DNA of 64,000 bases from an uncultured Planctomycetaceae bacterium (GCA_963815195.1 CAWFGE010000013.1:576001-640000), one strand, 5' to 3'. Shown: positions 1-11,209, numbered from the stretch's first letter. Numbers and translations: made by a program. The notes: a model not told the origin generated them from the sequence alone.

Positions 1-1
1 C

Positions 2-391
2 TCCCGCATCGCCATGGCCGAGGACACCAACTCCCGCACCGAACGCATCGAAATCGACCTGGCGAACCCGACCGACCCGACGCACCCCGAGGGAATCTTG
101 AAGCACGGGATGTATGGCGCGGTGGCGATCACCCTGGAAGCCGGAAATAAAGATTCCGTACGGATTCCTTCCTCCTGCCTCATCGGGGACGCCAAAGACG
201 GCGAGGGTACGGTTTACGTGGTCAGAAACGGCCGAGCCGAGAAACGCCAGATCCGTCTGGGCAAAGACAACGGTATCGTCGTTGAAGTTCTGGACGGGTT
301 GAACGCCAACGACCAGGTCGTCGCGAAGAACAACAGCGCCGTCGAGGACGGCACTCCCGTGCAGGTCGTCGCGTTGACTTCCGCCAGATAA
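2..391 (+). CDS. Efflux RND periplasmic adaptor (membrane fusion protein), C-terminal part; 5' end lies outside the window
   Basis: Typical MFP C-terminus (LKHGMYGAVAI, IPSSCL, VYVVRNGRAEKRQIRLG, VEVLDGLNANDQVV); directly upstream of an RND permease. Confidence 0.9.
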   Translation, partial: SRIAMAEDTNSRTERIEIDLANPTDPTHPEGILKHGMYGAVAITLEAGNKDSVRIPSSCLIGDAKDGEGTVYVVRNGRAEKRQIRLGKDNGIVVEVLDGLNANDQVVAKNNSAVEDGTPVQVVALTSAR

Positions 392-486
392 AAACCCTCC
401 CGCCGGTCCGGCGCGGAAGATGCCGTGCCCGGATGCTTCCTCACGCCCCGTATTCCCCCCGAGATTTCAACAGGTAGTTTGCCGTT

Positions 487-3400
487 ATGAATGGATTAAT
501 TCGCGCCTCACTCAGGAACCCATACGCGGTGACGGTGATGGCCTTTACGCTGTTGATCATGGGCGGGCTGATGCTCACCATGATCCCGATCGATATTCTG
601 CCGGTCTTCAAAAGCCCGGCCGTCCAAGTTTTAACCTTTTACGGCGGCATGCCCGCCGAAGCGATTGAAAAAGACATCACAAACCGCATGGAGCGGTGGG
701 TCGGCCAGTCGAACGGCCTCAAGCGGCAGGAATCCCGCTCCATCGTCGGGGCGAGCATCGTGCGAAACTATTTCCAGGACGATGTCGATCCCAACGGCGC
801 GCTGACGCAGGTCAACTCGCTCGCGCTCTCGACGCTGCCCAACCTGCCGCCGGGGACTTTGCCCCCGGTCGTTTTGCCGTTCGACCCCACGAGTTCGACG
901 CCCGTGTGTCTGGTCGCTCTCGACAGCAAATCGCAGCCCGAATCGATTCTCTACGATGTGGGCCGGTACGAAGTCCGCCCGATGATTATGAGCAACCCCG
1001 GCGCGGTCGCCCCCGTGGTTTACGGCGGGAAGATTCGCGCAGTCATGCTGTATCTCGACCGCATCCGCATGCAGGCCCGCGGGCTGTCGCCGCTGGACGT
1101 GATGAGCGCGATGGACAACTACAACGTCTTCCTGCCTAACGGCAGCGTGAAGATGGGCGACACCGATTACGCGATTGCCTCGAACTCGCTCTACGACTTT
1201 GTGGACCGCATGGGCGACATGCCCTTGACCGATGACCCGGGCAACCGCTCCTATGTGAAGGATGTCGCCAAGCCGAAGGATTCCGCGTTCATTCAAACGA
1301 ACATCGTTCGCGTGAACGGCCGGAAGCAGGTTTATATTCCCGTGTACCGCCAGTTGGGATCGAGCACGCTGGACGTGGTGGATACGCTCCACGAGTCCAT
1401 CAGCGAAATGCAAACCCGCCTGACGCGGCCGAACATCGACCTGAAGCTCGTGATGGACCAGTCGGTTTATGTGCGGGCTTCGATTCATGCTCTGGCTCAG
1501 GAAGGCGTATTGGGGGCGATTCTGTGCTCGCTCGTAATTCTGTTGTTCCTGGGCGAATGGCGGATGACGATCATCGCGATCATGACGCTGCCGTTGGCCG
1601 TGATGGGAGCCGTGATTTGCCTGCACGCGACGGGGAACACGATCAACGTAATGACCCTCGCGGGACTAGCTCTAGCGATCGGGCCGATGGTCGATAGTGC
1701 GATCATCTGCTTGGAGAACACGCACCGCCACCTGGGATTGGGGGCTTCGCCTCACGACGCCGCGTACCACGGGGCGAGCGAAGTCGCCATGCCCGAGTTG
1801 ATTGCGACTTTGTGTACGTTCCTGGTGCTCGCGCCGTTGGCGTTGATGCCCGGGATGGGACGGTTTCTGTTCCGGCCGATGGCGCTGGCCGTGGCGTTTG
1901 CCATGATCTGTGCCTATTTGCTGTCTCGGTCTCTGGTTCCCGCCTTTGCCGCGATCCTGCTCAAGCCGCACGGCGTGGGCCACGGGCACGGAGAAGGCGA
2001 GCATGGCGAAGGTGCGCACGCCGAAGCGGCGCATTCGGCTCCGCGCCATAACCCGAACGTCATCGCCCGCGCGTTTGCCGTTTGGGAAGGCGTGATCGAA
2101 TCGGCGATCGCCAAGTACGTCCGCCTGTTGGATCGCGTGATGAACTATCGCGTGTTGACCGTCGCCGCCAGCTTCGCGCTGCTTGCGGGCGTCATCGTGT
2201 TCTTCAGCCCGATCCTGCGGCGGGAGTTCTTCCCCGAAGTGGATGCCGGGGCGTTTCAGTTCACGGTCCGCGCTCCCAGCGGGACCCGGATTGAGAACAC
2301 GCAGGAGTATATCACCGAGGTGGAAGATGCGATTCACAAGTCGATCGACGAGCACGATCTGCAGCTTGTGCTCTCGGAAATCGGGCTGACCGCCGACTGG
2401 TCCGCCGCTTATACGCCCAACTCCGGACCGATGGACGCGATCATCAAGGTCCAGTTGAGCGAACATCGGCAGCACTCGGCCCAGCACTATGCCGACGTGC
2501 TTCGCCAGAACTTCCGCAAGGATCCGCGGTTCAGCCAGTTGCAGTTCGCCTTTGACACGGGCGGGATGGTTCGCGGGGCCTTGAACGAGGGTAAGTCCAC
2601 TCCGCTCAACGTCCGGATCACCGGCAAGAACATGGAGCTGGCGCACCTGATCGCCGAGGACATCAAGGCCGAGGTGTCGAAGATTCCGGGAATTGTGGAT
2701 GCCCAGATCGTGCAGCGGCTGAACTATCCCGAGTTCAAAATCAACGTCGATCGGTCCAAAGCCGCGGACCTGGGCTTGACCCAGGAAGACGTGATGCGAA
2801 ACGTGGTGGCCGCGGCCAATTCGAGCATCTCGTTCAATAAGAAAAACTTCTGGATCGACCCGGTGAGCTACAACCAATATTTCGTCGGGGTGCAGTATCC
2901 GGAAGAGCAGATCGATTCGCTCGACACGCTGCTCGACGTGCCGATCACCGGCCCCAACCAGTCGCATCCGGTTCCGCTCCGGTCGATTGCCACGGTCACG
3001 CGGGACACGGTTCCCACGGAAGTGACGCACACCAACATTCAGCCGACGATCGATTTGACGATGGGCGTTTCGGGCCGGGATCTGGGCCACGTCGCCGACG
3101 AGGTGTCCAGCGTCGTCAACACCTTCGGCAAGTCGGAAGGTGCAGACATTTGGGCTCCGTATGATCCCCGGGATCCCAAGTCGGGGGCAACGCTGGCCGG
3201 CTCGAAAATCGTGCTGAGCGGCGAATACTCCCGGATGCAGGATACGTTCCACAACCTGGGGATCGGACTGATCCTCGCGTCGCTGTTGATCTACTTCTTG
3301 ATGGTCGCTCTGGTCCGTTCGTGGGTTGTGCCGCTGACGGTGATGCTCGCGGTGCCGCTGTCGTTGATCGGCGTATTGACGCTGCTGTACGCGACCGGGA

Positions 3401-3816
3401 CCGCCCTCAACGTGCAGTCGCTGCTCGGCATCATTTTCGTGGTCGGCATTAACGTGTCGAACGCGGTGCTGATGACTGACTGTGCCCAGGAACTCCGGCG
3501 GGGCGAAGGACTCAAACCGACCGAGGCCATTCGCAAAGCGGCTTCGCTTCGCGTGCGGCCCGTGACGATGACCGCGCTCGCCGCGTTCTTCGCCATGATC
3601 CCGGCGGCGCTCGCCATCGAGCACGGCAGTGAAGCCAACGCTCCGCTCGCCCGGGCGATTCTCGGCGGGCTCTTGGCGGTGGAACCGGCCACGCTGTTCG
3701 TCGTGCCTTGTTTGTATTCGCTTCTGGTCCGCGACAAGCGCGGGGCGAGCATGGACGAGGGAGCCGACGAGATTCCCGTGGACGAAGCCGCCGAAGAAGG
3801 ATGGGGCTTCGCCTGA
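487..3816 (+). CDS. Efflux RND permease subunit (AcrB/CzcA superfamily), copy 1, with a His-rich loop
   Basis: 1109 aa; RND motifs (IPIDILP, NTINVMTLAGLALAIGPMVDSAIICLEN, EFFPEVDAG, RVRPVTMTALA); two hydrophobic halves. Confidence 0.95.
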   Translation: MNGLIRASLRNPYAVTVMAFTLLIMGGLMLTMIPIDILPVFKSPAVQVLTFYGGMPAEAIEKDITNRMERWVGQSNGLKRQESRSIVGASIVRNYFQDDVDPNGALTQVNSLALSTLPNLPPGTLPPVVLPFDPTSSTPVCLVALDSKSQPESILYDVGRYEVRPMIMSNPGAVAPVVYGGKIRAVMLYLDRIRMQARGLSPLDVMSAMDNYNVFLPNGSVKMGDTDYAIASNSLYDFVDRMGDMPLTDDPGNRSYVKDVAKPKDSAFIQTNIVRVNGRKQVYIPVYRQLGSSTLDVVDTLHESISEMQTRLTRPNIDLKLVMDQSVYVRASIHALAQEGVLGAILCSLVILLFLGEWRMTIIAIMTLPLAVMGAVICLHATGNTINVMTLAGLALAIGPMVDSAIICLENTHRHLGLGASPHDAAYHGASEVAMPELIATLCTFLVLAPLALMPGMGRFLFRPMALAVAFAMICAYLLSRSLVPAFAAILLKPHGVGHGHGEGEHGEGAHAEAAHSAPRHNPNVIARAFAVWEGVIESAIAKYVRLLDRVMNYRVLTVAASFALLAGVIVFFSPILRREFFPEVDAGAFQFTVRAPSGTRIENTQEYITEVEDAIHKSIDEHDLQLVLSEIGLTADWSAAYTPNSGPMDAIIKVQLSEHRQHSAQHYADVLRQNFRKDPRFSQLQFAFDTGGMVRGALNEGKSTPLNVRITGKNMELAHLIAEDIKAEVSKIPGIVDAQIVQRLNYPEFKINVDRSKAADLGLTQEDVMRNVVAAANSSISFNKKNFWIDPVSYNQYFVGVQYPEEQIDSLDTLLDVPITGPNQSHPVPLRSIATVTRDTVPTEVTHTNIQPTIDLTMGVSGRDLGHVADEVSSVVNTFGKSEGADIWAPYDPRDPKSGATLAGSKIVLSGEYSRMQDTFHNLGIGLILASLLIYFLMVALVRSWVVPLTVMLAVPLSLIGVLTLLYATGTALNVQSLLGIIFVVGINVSNAVLMTDCAQELRRGEGLKPTEAIRKAASLRVRPVTMTALAAFFAMIPAALAIEHGSEANAPLARAILGGLLAVEPATLFVVPCLYSLLVRDKRGASMDEGADEIPVDEAAEEGWGFA

Positions 3817-4175
3817 AACTCTGGCCCGCATTGGGCCTTTTGATAAAGAGGTTTGATTCAGGGATTCCCGGGGGTCGTTCCATCGGCCCCGGGAGTTCCA
3901 CGTTATGTCAACAATCGCATCGCCTCGGTGGAGATTCCGATGGAAGATTCGCCGAGGCTTCTTGGAATTCACCAATTCACCATGATTTGCCCGCTTGCAA
4001 GAGATTCCCAGTCCGCAAGTTCGACTTTCGGCTCCGCCATCGTCGTCCTTGGCCTTGTTCCGCCAAGGGGGGACTTTTCCCATCGGAAACAATCTGCCCC
4101 ATGTGAACGGCCTGCGTCGGGCCGCTTCACTCCCTTCCCCTATTCCCTTCCCTATCCGCGAGGTACACCGCTCCA

Positions 4176-7100
4176 ATGAACGCATTAATCCGAGGCTCGC
4201 TCCGGAACCCTTATGCGGTGACGGTGATGGCGTTAACTGTTTTGATCATCGGGGCGCTCACGCTTACGATGATCCCTGTCGACATTCTGCCCGTCTTCAA
4301 AAGCCCGGCGGTGCAGGTGCTGACCTTCTACGGCGGCATGCCCGCCGAAGCGATTGAAAAAGACATCACAAACCGCATGGAGCGGTGGGTCGGCCAGTCG
4401 AACGGCCTCAAGCGGCAGGAATCCCGCTCGATCGTCGGGGCGAGCATCGTGCGGAACTATTTCCAGGACGATGTCGATCCCAACGGCGCGCTGACGCAGG
4501 TCAACTCGCTCGCGCTCTCGACGCTGCCCAACCTGCCGCCGGGGACTTTGCCCCCGGTCGTTTTGCCGTTCGACCCCACGAGTTCGACGCCCGTGTGCCT
4601 GGTCGCTCTCGACAGCAAAACGCAGCCTGAATCGATTCTCTACGATGTGGGCCGGTACGAAGTCCGCCCGATGATCATGAGCAACCCCGGCGCGGTCGCC
4701 CCCGTGGTTTACGGCGGCAAGCTGCGGGCGGTGATGCTGTATCTCGACCGCATCCGCATGCAGGCCCGCGGGCTGTCGCCTTTGGATGTGATGACCGCGG
4801 TGGATCACTACAACGTGTTCCTGCCCAACGGCAGCGTGAAAATGGGCGACATGGATTACGCCATCTCCTCGAACTCGCTGTATGATTTCGTCGAACGGAT
4901 GGGCGACATGCCTTTGACGGACCAACCGGGCAACCGCTCTTACGTCAGAGACGTGGCGACGCCCAAGGACGCCGCGTTCATTCAGACGAACATCGTTCGC
5001 GTGAACGGCCGGAAGCAGGTGTATGTCCCGGTGTACCGCCAATTGGGATCGAGCACGCTGGACGTGGTGGATACGCTCCACGGATCGATCGACGACATGC
5101 AAGCCCGGCTGACGCGGCCGGGCATCGACCTGAAGCTCGTGATGGACCAGTCGGTTTATGTGCGGGCTTCGATTCATGCTCTGGCTCAGGAAGGCGTATT
5201 GGGGGCGATTCTGTGCTCGCTCGTGATTCTCTTGTTCCTGGGTGAATGGCGGATGACGGTTATTGCAATTCTCATGCTCCCGCTTTCGGTGATGGGAGCG
5301 GTGATTTGCCTGTATGCCACGGGGAACACGATCAACGTGATGACTCTGGCGGGGATGGCGCTTGCCATCGGGCCGCTGGTGGATACCGCGATCATCGTCT
5401 TGGAGAACACGCACCGCCACCTGGGGTTGGGGGCGCCGCCGCGCGAAGCCGCGTTTCGCGGGACGAGCGAAGTGGCCATGCCCGCCTTGATCGCGACCTT
5501 ATGCACGTTCCTCGTCTTGGCTCCGTTGGCGCTCATGCCCGGGATGGGACGGTTTCTGTTCCGGCCGATGGCGCTCGCGGTCGCCTTTGCCATGATCTGT
5601 GCTTACTTGCTGTCGCAGTCGCTGGTGCCCGCCTATTCGGCGATTCTGCTCAAGCCGCACCGCAAGGGCGAGCACGGGGAAGACGAGGACGCCCCGGCGA
5701 GTTGGAACGTCGTCGCCCGCGCTTTCGCCGCGTGGGAAGGCGTCATTCAACGGTCCATCACCAAGTACGGCCAGATTCTGGACCGCGTGATGCAGTTTCG
5801 CTTATTGACGATCGGCATCAGCTTCGCCCTTTTGGCCTGCGCCGTTCTGTTCTTCACCCCGATTCTGCGGCGGGAGTTCTTCCCCGAAGTGGACGCGGGG
5901 GCCTTCCAAATTACCGTCCGCGCTCCCAGCGGAACGCGGATCGAAAACACGCAGGAGTACATCGCGGATGTGGAAGACGCGATTCACAAGGCGATCGATA
6001 AGCACGACCTGCAACTCGTGCTCTCGGAAATCGGGCTGACCGCCGACTGGTCCGCCGCTTATACGCCCAACTCCGGACCGATGGATGCGATCATCAAAGT
6101 CCAATTGAGCGAACACCGGAATCACACGGCCCAACATTACGCCGACGTGCTTCGCCAGAACTTCCGCAAGGACCCGCGGTTCAGCCAGATGGAGTTCGCC
6201 TTCGACACGGGCGGGATGGTCCGCGGGGCGCTCAATGAAGGCAAGTCCACGCCGCTGAATGTCCGCATCACCGGCAAAAACATGGAACTCGCGCACGAGA
6301 TCGCCGAGAAGATCAAAGCCGAGGTGGCGAAGGTCCCCGGCGTCGTCGACGCGCAGATCGTGCAGCGGCTCAACTATCCGCAGTTCAACATCAATGTCGA
6401 CCGGTCCAAGGCGGCGGATATGGGTTTGACCCAGCAGGATGTGATGCGGAACGTCGTGGCCGCGGGCAATTCGAGCATTTCGTTCAACAAGAAGAACTTC
6501 TGGATCGATCCGGTCAGCTACAACCAATACTTCGTGGGCGTGCAGTATCCGGAGCACGAAATCAACTCGCTCGACACGCTGTTGGATGTGCCGATCACCG
6601 GCTTGAAACAATCGCACCCGGTTCCGTTGCGGTCGATTGCCACGGTCACTCGGAACACCGTCCCCACGGAAGTGACGCACAACAACATCCAGCCGACCAT
6701 CGATTTGACGATGGGCGTATCGGGCCGGGATCTCGGGCACGTGGCCGACGATGTGGCCGGCGTCGTGGGCAACTTCGGCGAAAAGCAGGAAGGGGCCGTT
6801 TGGGCGCCTTATGATCCTCGCTATCCGGACACGAAAGAGACGCTGGCGGGCTCGAAAATCCTCTTGAGCGGCGAATACGCCCGGATGCAGGACACGTTCT
6901 ACAACCTGGGCATCGGACTGATTCTCGCGTCGCTGTTGATCTACTTCCTGCTGGTCGCGTTGGTTCGCTCCTGGGTTGTGCCGCTCAGCGTGATGCTCGC
7001 CGTGCCTTTGTTGTTGATCGGCGTGTTGTCGCTGCTTTACCTCACGGGAACGGCCCTCAACGTGCAGTCGCTGTTGGGCGTGATTTTCGTGGTCGGGATT

Positions 7101-7418
7101 AACGTGTCCAACGCGGTGCTGATGACCGACTGCGCTCAGGAACTCAGGCGAAACGAGGGGCTCAATCCCACCGACGCGATCCGGAAGGCGGCCGCGCTTC
7201 GCGTGCGGCCGGTGACGATGACCGCGCTCGCGGCGTTCTTTGCGATGGTTCCTGCGGCGCTCGCCCTCGAGCACGGCAGCGAAGCCAACGCGCCGCTCGC
7301 CCGGGCGATTCTCGGCGGGTTGTTGGCGGTGGAACCGGCGACACTGTTCGTCGTGCCATGCTTATATTCGCTCTTGGTCCGGGATAAAAAGTCCGCCGAG
7401 ATGAACTTGGCTGCCTAA
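4176..7418 (+). CDS. Efflux RND permease subunit, copy 2 (close paralog of 487..3816)
   Basis: 1080 aa; same motifs; long stretches identical to copy 1 at protein and DNA level. Confidence 0.95.
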   Translation: MNALIRGSLRNPYAVTVMALTVLIIGALTLTMIPVDILPVFKSPAVQVLTFYGGMPAEAIEKDITNRMERWVGQSNGLKRQESRSIVGASIVRNYFQDDVDPNGALTQVNSLALSTLPNLPPGTLPPVVLPFDPTSSTPVCLVALDSKTQPESILYDVGRYEVRPMIMSNPGAVAPVVYGGKLRAVMLYLDRIRMQARGLSPLDVMTAVDHYNVFLPNGSVKMGDMDYAISSNSLYDFVERMGDMPLTDQPGNRSYVRDVATPKDAAFIQTNIVRVNGRKQVYVPVYRQLGSSTLDVVDTLHGSIDDMQARLTRPGIDLKLVMDQSVYVRASIHALAQEGVLGAILCSLVILLFLGEWRMTVIAILMLPLSVMGAVICLYATGNTINVMTLAGMALAIGPLVDTAIIVLENTHRHLGLGAPPREAAFRGTSEVAMPALIATLCTFLVLAPLALMPGMGRFLFRPMALAVAFAMICAYLLSQSLVPAYSAILLKPHRKGEHGEDEDAPASWNVVARAFAAWEGVIQRSITKYGQILDRVMQFRLLTIGISFALLACAVLFFTPILRREFFPEVDAGAFQITVRAPSGTRIENTQEYIADVEDAIHKAIDKHDLQLVLSEIGLTADWSAAYTPNSGPMDAIIKVQLSEHRNHTAQHYADVLRQNFRKDPRFSQMEFAFDTGGMVRGALNEGKSTPLNVRITGKNMELAHEIAEKIKAEVAKVPGVVDAQIVQRLNYPQFNINVDRSKAADMGLTQQDVMRNVVAAGNSSISFNKKNFWIDPVSYNQYFVGVQYPEHEINSLDTLLDVPITGLKQSHPVPLRSIATVTRNTVPTEVTHNNIQPTIDLTMGVSGRDLGHVADDVAGVVGNFGEKQEGAVWAPYDPRYPDTKETLAGSKILLSGEYARMQDTFYNLGIGLILASLLIYFLLVALVRSWVVPLSVMLAVPLLLIGVLSLLYLTGTALNVQSLLGVIFVVGINVSNAVLMTDCAQELRRNEGLNPTDAIRKAAALRVRPVTMTALAAFFAMVPAALALEHGSEANAPLARAILGGLLAVEPATLFVVPCLYSLLVRDKKSAEMNLAA

Positions 7419-7585
7419 CCGGACTTCTGATTGTAAAGGTTATGCCGGGTGGTCCGATTTTAATCAACTTGCGGGGGGAAGTCCCCGATAAAGATTACCG
7501 GCATTGATGATTTTTCAAGTGGGTTTGAACGGATTTTTCTCACGAAAATCCCGACCGACCCTGAGACACGCTCAAGGAGGATGCG

Positions 7586-9319
7586 GTGTCGAAGAATACA
7601 TCCTTTTGGACCACCCGGCGGCTCCTGCGGCGGGGACTCCCGGCCGCGGTGCTTTCGGGAATGGTTTGGGGAAGCTGCGGCGACTTTTCACCCAGTTTCG
7701 CGTTGGCAGACGATCCGCCCGCGCCCACCGAGAGGCGGTCGGCCCTCGAGGTTCCGGCGAAGCCGCCCGCCCCGCTGGCGGACGAAAAGGCTCCGCCCGC
7801 GCAGCCACCCGCACCCGTCGAGATGCCTGCCGACAAAACGTACGCGGCGGACGCATCCCGCTTGCAATTGTCGGATCTGCTGGGAACGGAAACGGCTCCC
7901 ATCGATCTGGCCGCCGCCCTCAGCATGGCCGGCGTCCAAAACCCGGATATGCTCATCGCCCGGCAGCACGTGGTCCAAGCCGTGGCCGAGCGGCAACTGG
8001 CGGCGGCGCAATTGCTCCCGTCGATGCGTGCCGGCTTGAGCTACGACGACCATACCGGTCCGCTGCAACAGTCGTTCGGGAATATCCTCAGCCTGCACCG
8101 CAGCGCCCTTTATGTTGGGGCCGGCTCGTTTGCGATCGCCGCGGGCAGCGTCAATATCCCCGGCGTCTACTGGGACAACAACATTTCCCAGTTGATCGTC
8201 AACAACCTGCAGGCGATGACGAACATCGAACAGCAACAGTTCCACAGCCGGGCGGTGGAGAACCAAACTCTGCTTCGCGTGGCGGTGGGTTACAACGACC
8301 TGCTGCGAACGAACGGCATGCGGGCGGTGATGGCCCAGAACCTGGCGGACGCCCGCGAAGTCGCCCGGCTCACGGAAGCCTATGTCCAAGTGGGCGGGGC
8401 CAAGCAGGCCGACGCCGACCGCGCCGCGGGCTCCGCGCGACTCTATGCAGCCCGATTGCAGAACGCGGAAGGCCAGGTCCTGATCGCCTCGACCACGCTG
8501 GCCGAGCTATTGAGCCTCGATCCTTCGATTCGGTTGCAGCCGATCGAGGACCGCTACGTCCCGATGCCGATGGTCCCCGATCCGATTCCGCTTCGGGAAT
8601 TGGTGGCGATTGCGATCATCCAGCGGCCGGAATTGCAGGAGCGGCAGGCGGTGATTCGCAAATCGCTGCTCGCCCTTCAGGGACAGCAGATGCTGCCGTT
8701 CTCTCCGACGGTGATTGTGGGATTCTCCGCCGGCGGGGAAGGGGGCGGAAGCAACCTGGTCCATCAGTCCATGGCAAAAACCGACTTCGGCCGCAGCGAT
8801 CCGAACTTCGGGAACTGGTCGGGACGCCAGGACTTTGACGTGGTCGGCTATTGGATGCTCAAGAACCTGGGGGTGGGAAACCTCGCCGACATCCGCGAGG
8901 CGGCAAGTAAGCTTCAAGTCTCCAACTTCGAACTGCTCGCCGAACTCGACAAGGCGCGGGCGGAAGTCGCCCGGGGCTATGCCCGCAGCCATGCTCGTTT
9001 CGCGCAGATTGCCACCGCCGAAGAAGCCGTCCGCACGGCCGTCGAAGGCTTCGACGAAGACAAACAGCGAATCCAAGGCGGCCAAGGGCTGCCGATCGAG
9101 TTGCTCGACGACTTAAGGCTCTTGACGCGGGCCCGCGAGGAATACCTCCGAGCGATCACCGACTACAACCAGGCACAGCTCGAACTTTATGTGTCCCTGG
9201 GAAATCCGCCGGCCGAGATGCTGGCCCGTCCCGTTCCTTTGGAGGGGGTGACTCCGGAAGCCGCTTCGGGCGAACCGACCCCGGCTCCCGCTCCGGCGCC
9301 GGAAGCCGCGCCGAAATGA
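7586..9319 (+). CDS. TolC-family outer membrane efflux protein 1
   Basis: Signal-like N-terminus; OEP-type helical repeats (NPDMLIARQ, LLRVAVGYNDLL, QRPELQ, YLRAITDYNQAQLELYVSLG); in RND operon. Confidence 0.85.
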   Translation: MSKNTSFWTTRRLLRRGLPAAVLSGMVWGSCGDFSPSFALADDPPAPTERRSALEVPAKPPAPLADEKAPPAQPPAPVEMPADKTYAADASRLQLSDLLGTETAPIDLAAALSMAGVQNPDMLIARQHVVQAVAERQLAAAQLLPSMRAGLSYDDHTGPLQQSFGNILSLHRSALYVGAGSFAIAAGSVNIPGVYWDNNISQLIVNNLQAMTNIEQQQFHSRAVENQTLLRVAVGYNDLLRTNGMRAVMAQNLADAREVARLTEAYVQVGGAKQADADRAAGSARLYAARLQNAEGQVLIASTTLAELLSLDPSIRLQPIEDRYVPMPMVPDPIPLRELVAIAIIQRPELQERQAVIRKSLLALQGQQMLPFSPTVIVGFSAGGEGGGSNLVHQSMAKTDFGRSDPNFGNWSGRQDFDVVGYWMLKNLGVGNLADIREAASKLQVSNFELLAELDKARAEVARGYARSHARFAQIATAEEAVRTAVEGFDEDKQRIQGGQGLPIELLDDLRLLTRAREEYLRAITDYNQAQLELYVSLGNPPAEMLARPVPLEGVTPEAASGEPTPAPAPAPEAAPK

Positions 9320-9383
9320 CCGCTTTCGATGGCGACACCCGCCGATGCCGCCTTCCAAACTTTCGATCATGAGGGAAACAACG

Positions 9384-11061
9384 ATGCCCAGAATCTGGTA
9401 TGGAAGGACCGAATCCCGCCTCGCGACGGTCCTGCTGACGTTGACGTGCTGGCATTCGGCCTCGGGGGCCGAACCGCCGGCTCCTTCAAGCCGTTACACC
9501 GCCCCGCCCCGGGTCGAATCGCCGGACTCGAAGGACGTGCCGGTCGAGATGCCGGAGAAAATGACGAACCTCGACCGCTTGCGGGAACGCCCCGCAACGG
9601 GAATCGACCTGCCCAGTGCGCTGTGGCTCGGTGGCGTTCGCAACCTGAATATCCTCACCGCCCGGCAGCGGGTCATGAGCGATGTCGCCCGGCGGCAATT
9701 GGCCGCAGCTCGAGTATCTGCCGACCATCCGCGGCGGATTGAACTACGACAACCACACTGGGGCCTTGATGCAATCCAGTGGGAACGTGCTGAACATTAA
9801 ACGCAGTTCGCTGTTCGTGGGAGCCGGCTCCGGAGCGGTCGCTGCGGGGACGGTCAGCATTCCCGGCGTGGGCTGGAATATGAATCTTGCGGAAGGGCTT
9901 TACGGATACCTGGAGAGCCGGCAAGCCGTCGAGCAGCAGCTGTTCAACAGCCGGGCCCAGGAAAACGAAATGCTGCGGAAAGTCGCCGAAGCCTATTTGA
10001 ATCTGCTCAAGGCCGAGGGGCAGCGCGTCCTGGCCCTGAAGACGCGGGACGAGATTTCGCAAATCGTCGATCTGACCCGCGCTTACGCCAAAGCGGGAGC
10101 CGGCCGCGAAGCGGACCTGGAGCGGGCGGAAACGAATCTGGAACAGCGAAACACGGACGTGACGGAGGCCGAGTTTCAAACCATCGCCGCCTCGGCGAAT
10201 TTGGTGCAGCTCTTGAACCTCGAACCGATGCTGCGGCTGGTTCCGGCGGATGAATCGGTCGTGCCCACGCCGCTGGTTCCCGATCCCATCCCCGTGCGGG
10301 AGCTGTTGGCGATCGCGTCGATGAATCGTCCCGAGTTGGGGGCGCAGCAGGCCGCGATTCAACAGGCGCTGCTCAAACTCCGCGAGAAGCAACTCTTGCC
10401 CTTTTCGCCCAATGTCATTTTGATGTTCAGCTCGGGAACGTTTGGCGGCGGCAGCGACATTGTCTCCGGAAGCAATATCCCTCCGGTCGCCCGGAACGAC
10501 ATCCTCACGCGGGGCCTCGCGTTCGGGGCTCCGGTCAACCAGCCCAGCTTCGGCAAGTTCAGCACGCGGGTCGATTTCGACGCGATCGCCTATTGGACGC
10601 TGCAAAACATGGGCTGCGGCAACATCGCCCAAATTCGCGTCGCCCGCAGCAAGCTGCAATCGGCGGATTTGGAAAAGCTGAAAACGCTCAATCAGGTGCG
10701 CCGGGAAGTCACCGGGGCCTACGTCCGCACGCACACGCTGTATGCGATGATCGAATCCAACGAAGGGGCGGTGCGAGTCGCCCAGAAGGCGCTCCAGGAA
10801 GACGTGGTCCGGATTCGCGGTTTCCAAGGCCTGCCTATCGAAGTGATCCGCAGCCAACAGTTGCTCGCCTTGGCCCGCCAGGCGTATCTGAACGCGATCA
10901 TCGAATACAACCAGGCACATCTCGACCTGTTCGTCGCGTTGGGCCAGCCCCCGGCGGATACGCTCGCGCGTCCGGTTCCCGAAGGCTATGTTCCTCCAAA
11001 AGAAACCGCAGCGCCCCAGGGCGGCGAAAACGTTCCCGCACCGGCGGGCACAAATCCCTAA
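9384..11061 (+). CDS. TolC-family outer membrane efflux protein 2 (apparent +1 frameshift near 9712)
   Basis: ORFs 9345..9800 and 9682..11061 join into one protein collinear with TolC1 if one base in GCTCGAGTAT is removed (gives QLAAAQYLP, paralog QLAAAQLLP); GAGGG upstream of ATG 9384. Confidence 0.8.
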
Positions 11062-11209
11062 TCGGAAAACCGTCGTTAACCACCACGCCTCCGCGGGATG
11101 CTGGATTGGGCGAGGCGCGGCGCATCGCAAGAAGCGTTCACTTCCCATTTTTAACTGACAGACTTTGAACGAGCCTTCGCCCGTTCCTTGATGATTGATG
11201 TGGTGCCCT

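Noticed and set aside
3853..4179. ORF between the two RND genes
   Set aside because: No clear RBS or motif, and several overlapping ORFs are equally weak; probably intergenic
631..7274. Long antisense ORFs (631..1626, 1672..4185, 5802..7274 and similar ones elsewhere)
   Set aside because: Shadow frames of GC-rich genes with no recognisable motifs
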